IMG/VR virus record: IMGVR_UViG_3300032011_000115
Span: 1 to 25,533 of that record
DNA: 25,533 bases
Origin: a virus
Lineage: Duplodnaviria > Caudoviricetes
Strand: one strand, 5' to 3'
The translations under genes were made by a program, and so were the position numbers. This document shows, one piece after another, positions 24,869-25,533 of the stretch. The first letter of the stretch is position 1. The number at the start of each line of letters is the position of its first letter. Below the pieces are notes generated by a model. The model was not told the origin of the DNA, did not search any database, and saw nothing but the letters and a program-made list of their open reading frames with translations.

Positions 24869-25533
24869 TTAATTGCACACTACTTCATTGTATAATTCTG
24901 TTATTTGAGAAGTTGTAAGTACACTATTAAATAATCTAATTTGGTCCATTAGTCCATCAAAATACTGCCCATCTGCTAATCCAATTTTTGTATTAGAATA
25001 CGCGGCTGTACCTGCTACACCTGCTGAATAAGTATAACTAGCCTCAACACTATTAAAATAAACTTTAGCTTTATTAGATAAACTTCTGTCAGCTACAATA
25101 ACTACATTATACCAAGTATTATTTGCAATAGCCGATTGGGGTGTTGCATTTATAGCGTCAAGATTAGTATTGCCATTTGAAACAACACTATATATAGTTA
25201 TTTTTCCACTATTTAAAACTACAGCAATTTCGTTTGTTAATCTTGATGAAGTAATATTTGCAAAAACTCCTTTATAAGCGGTTACATCAGAGAAATTTAA
25301 CCACATCGAAATAGTATATGGAGTTCCTACATTTATTGTGCTTGAAGATATGTCAATAACAGAACTACTTCCATTAAAACTAGCTGCTTTACCAAATTTT
25401 CCAGTAACATAAGGATCTAAATTAGATGCTATTCCGTTATAATTTCCACAAGTATCATTTACATTATCATTAAATTGATACAATGCAGTTGCTGTTGTTG
25501 GAAAATTACAAACACAAGTACTAGGTTGACCTG
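24869..25533 (-). CDS. LamG/concanavalin A-like jelly-roll domain protein (C-terminal part; gene begins beyond the window)
   Basis: Frame is open to the window edge (GQPSTCVCNFPTTATALYQFND...). Motifs GKFGKAASFNGSSS, YTISMW, NTWYNVV, YFDGLMDQIRLFNSVLTTSQITELYNE. Confidence 0.85.
   Translation of the reverse strand, partial: GQPSTCVCNFPTTATALYQFNDNVNDTCGNYNGIASNLDPYVTGKFGKAASFNGSSSVIDISSSTINVGTPYTISMWLNFSDVTAYKGVFANITSSRLTNEIAVVLNSGKITIYSVVSNGNTNLDAINATPQSAIANNTWYNVVIVADRSLSNKAKVYFNSVEASYTYSAGVAGTAAYSNTKIGLADGQYFDGLMDQIRLFNSVLTTSQITELYNEVVCN

Noticed and set aside
1-25533. Genetic code reassignment, tRNA genes, CRISPR array, integrase or transposase
   Set aside because: Long genes read through under the standard code, intergenic gaps are too short for arrays, and no such motifs were seen by eye.

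Overview
An AT-rich, densely coded segment of a tailed dsDNA phage genome. Every credible gene is on the minus strand. Gene order (terL, portal, scaffold-like protein, major capsid protein, conserved protein, two ring/tubular tail proteins, tail stabilization protein) and protein motifs match crAss-like podoviruses of Bacteroidota. A-rich leaders with no obvious Shine-Dalgarno sites are consistent with such a host. Upstream of the virion module are a phage chaperonin operon (groEL, groES, winged-helix protein), a second tandem-domain GroES-like gene, a 3-TM holin, an Rcc01079-like capsid spike-base protein, a small HExxH metalloprotease and a cluster of small proteins. Top candidate novelties: (1) a +1-frame gene overprinted on the TerL ATPase coding region that starts with a lipoprotein-like signal peptide, followed by a second shorter nested ORF; (2) a shared S/T-P-[LF] motif in the small-protein cluster beside the metalloprotease, possibly a targeting or processing signal; (3) a tail stabilization gene apparently split in two; (4) two small ORFs missing from the ORF track (22 aa and 53 aa). 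All family assignments come from motif recognition by eye; no database search was run.
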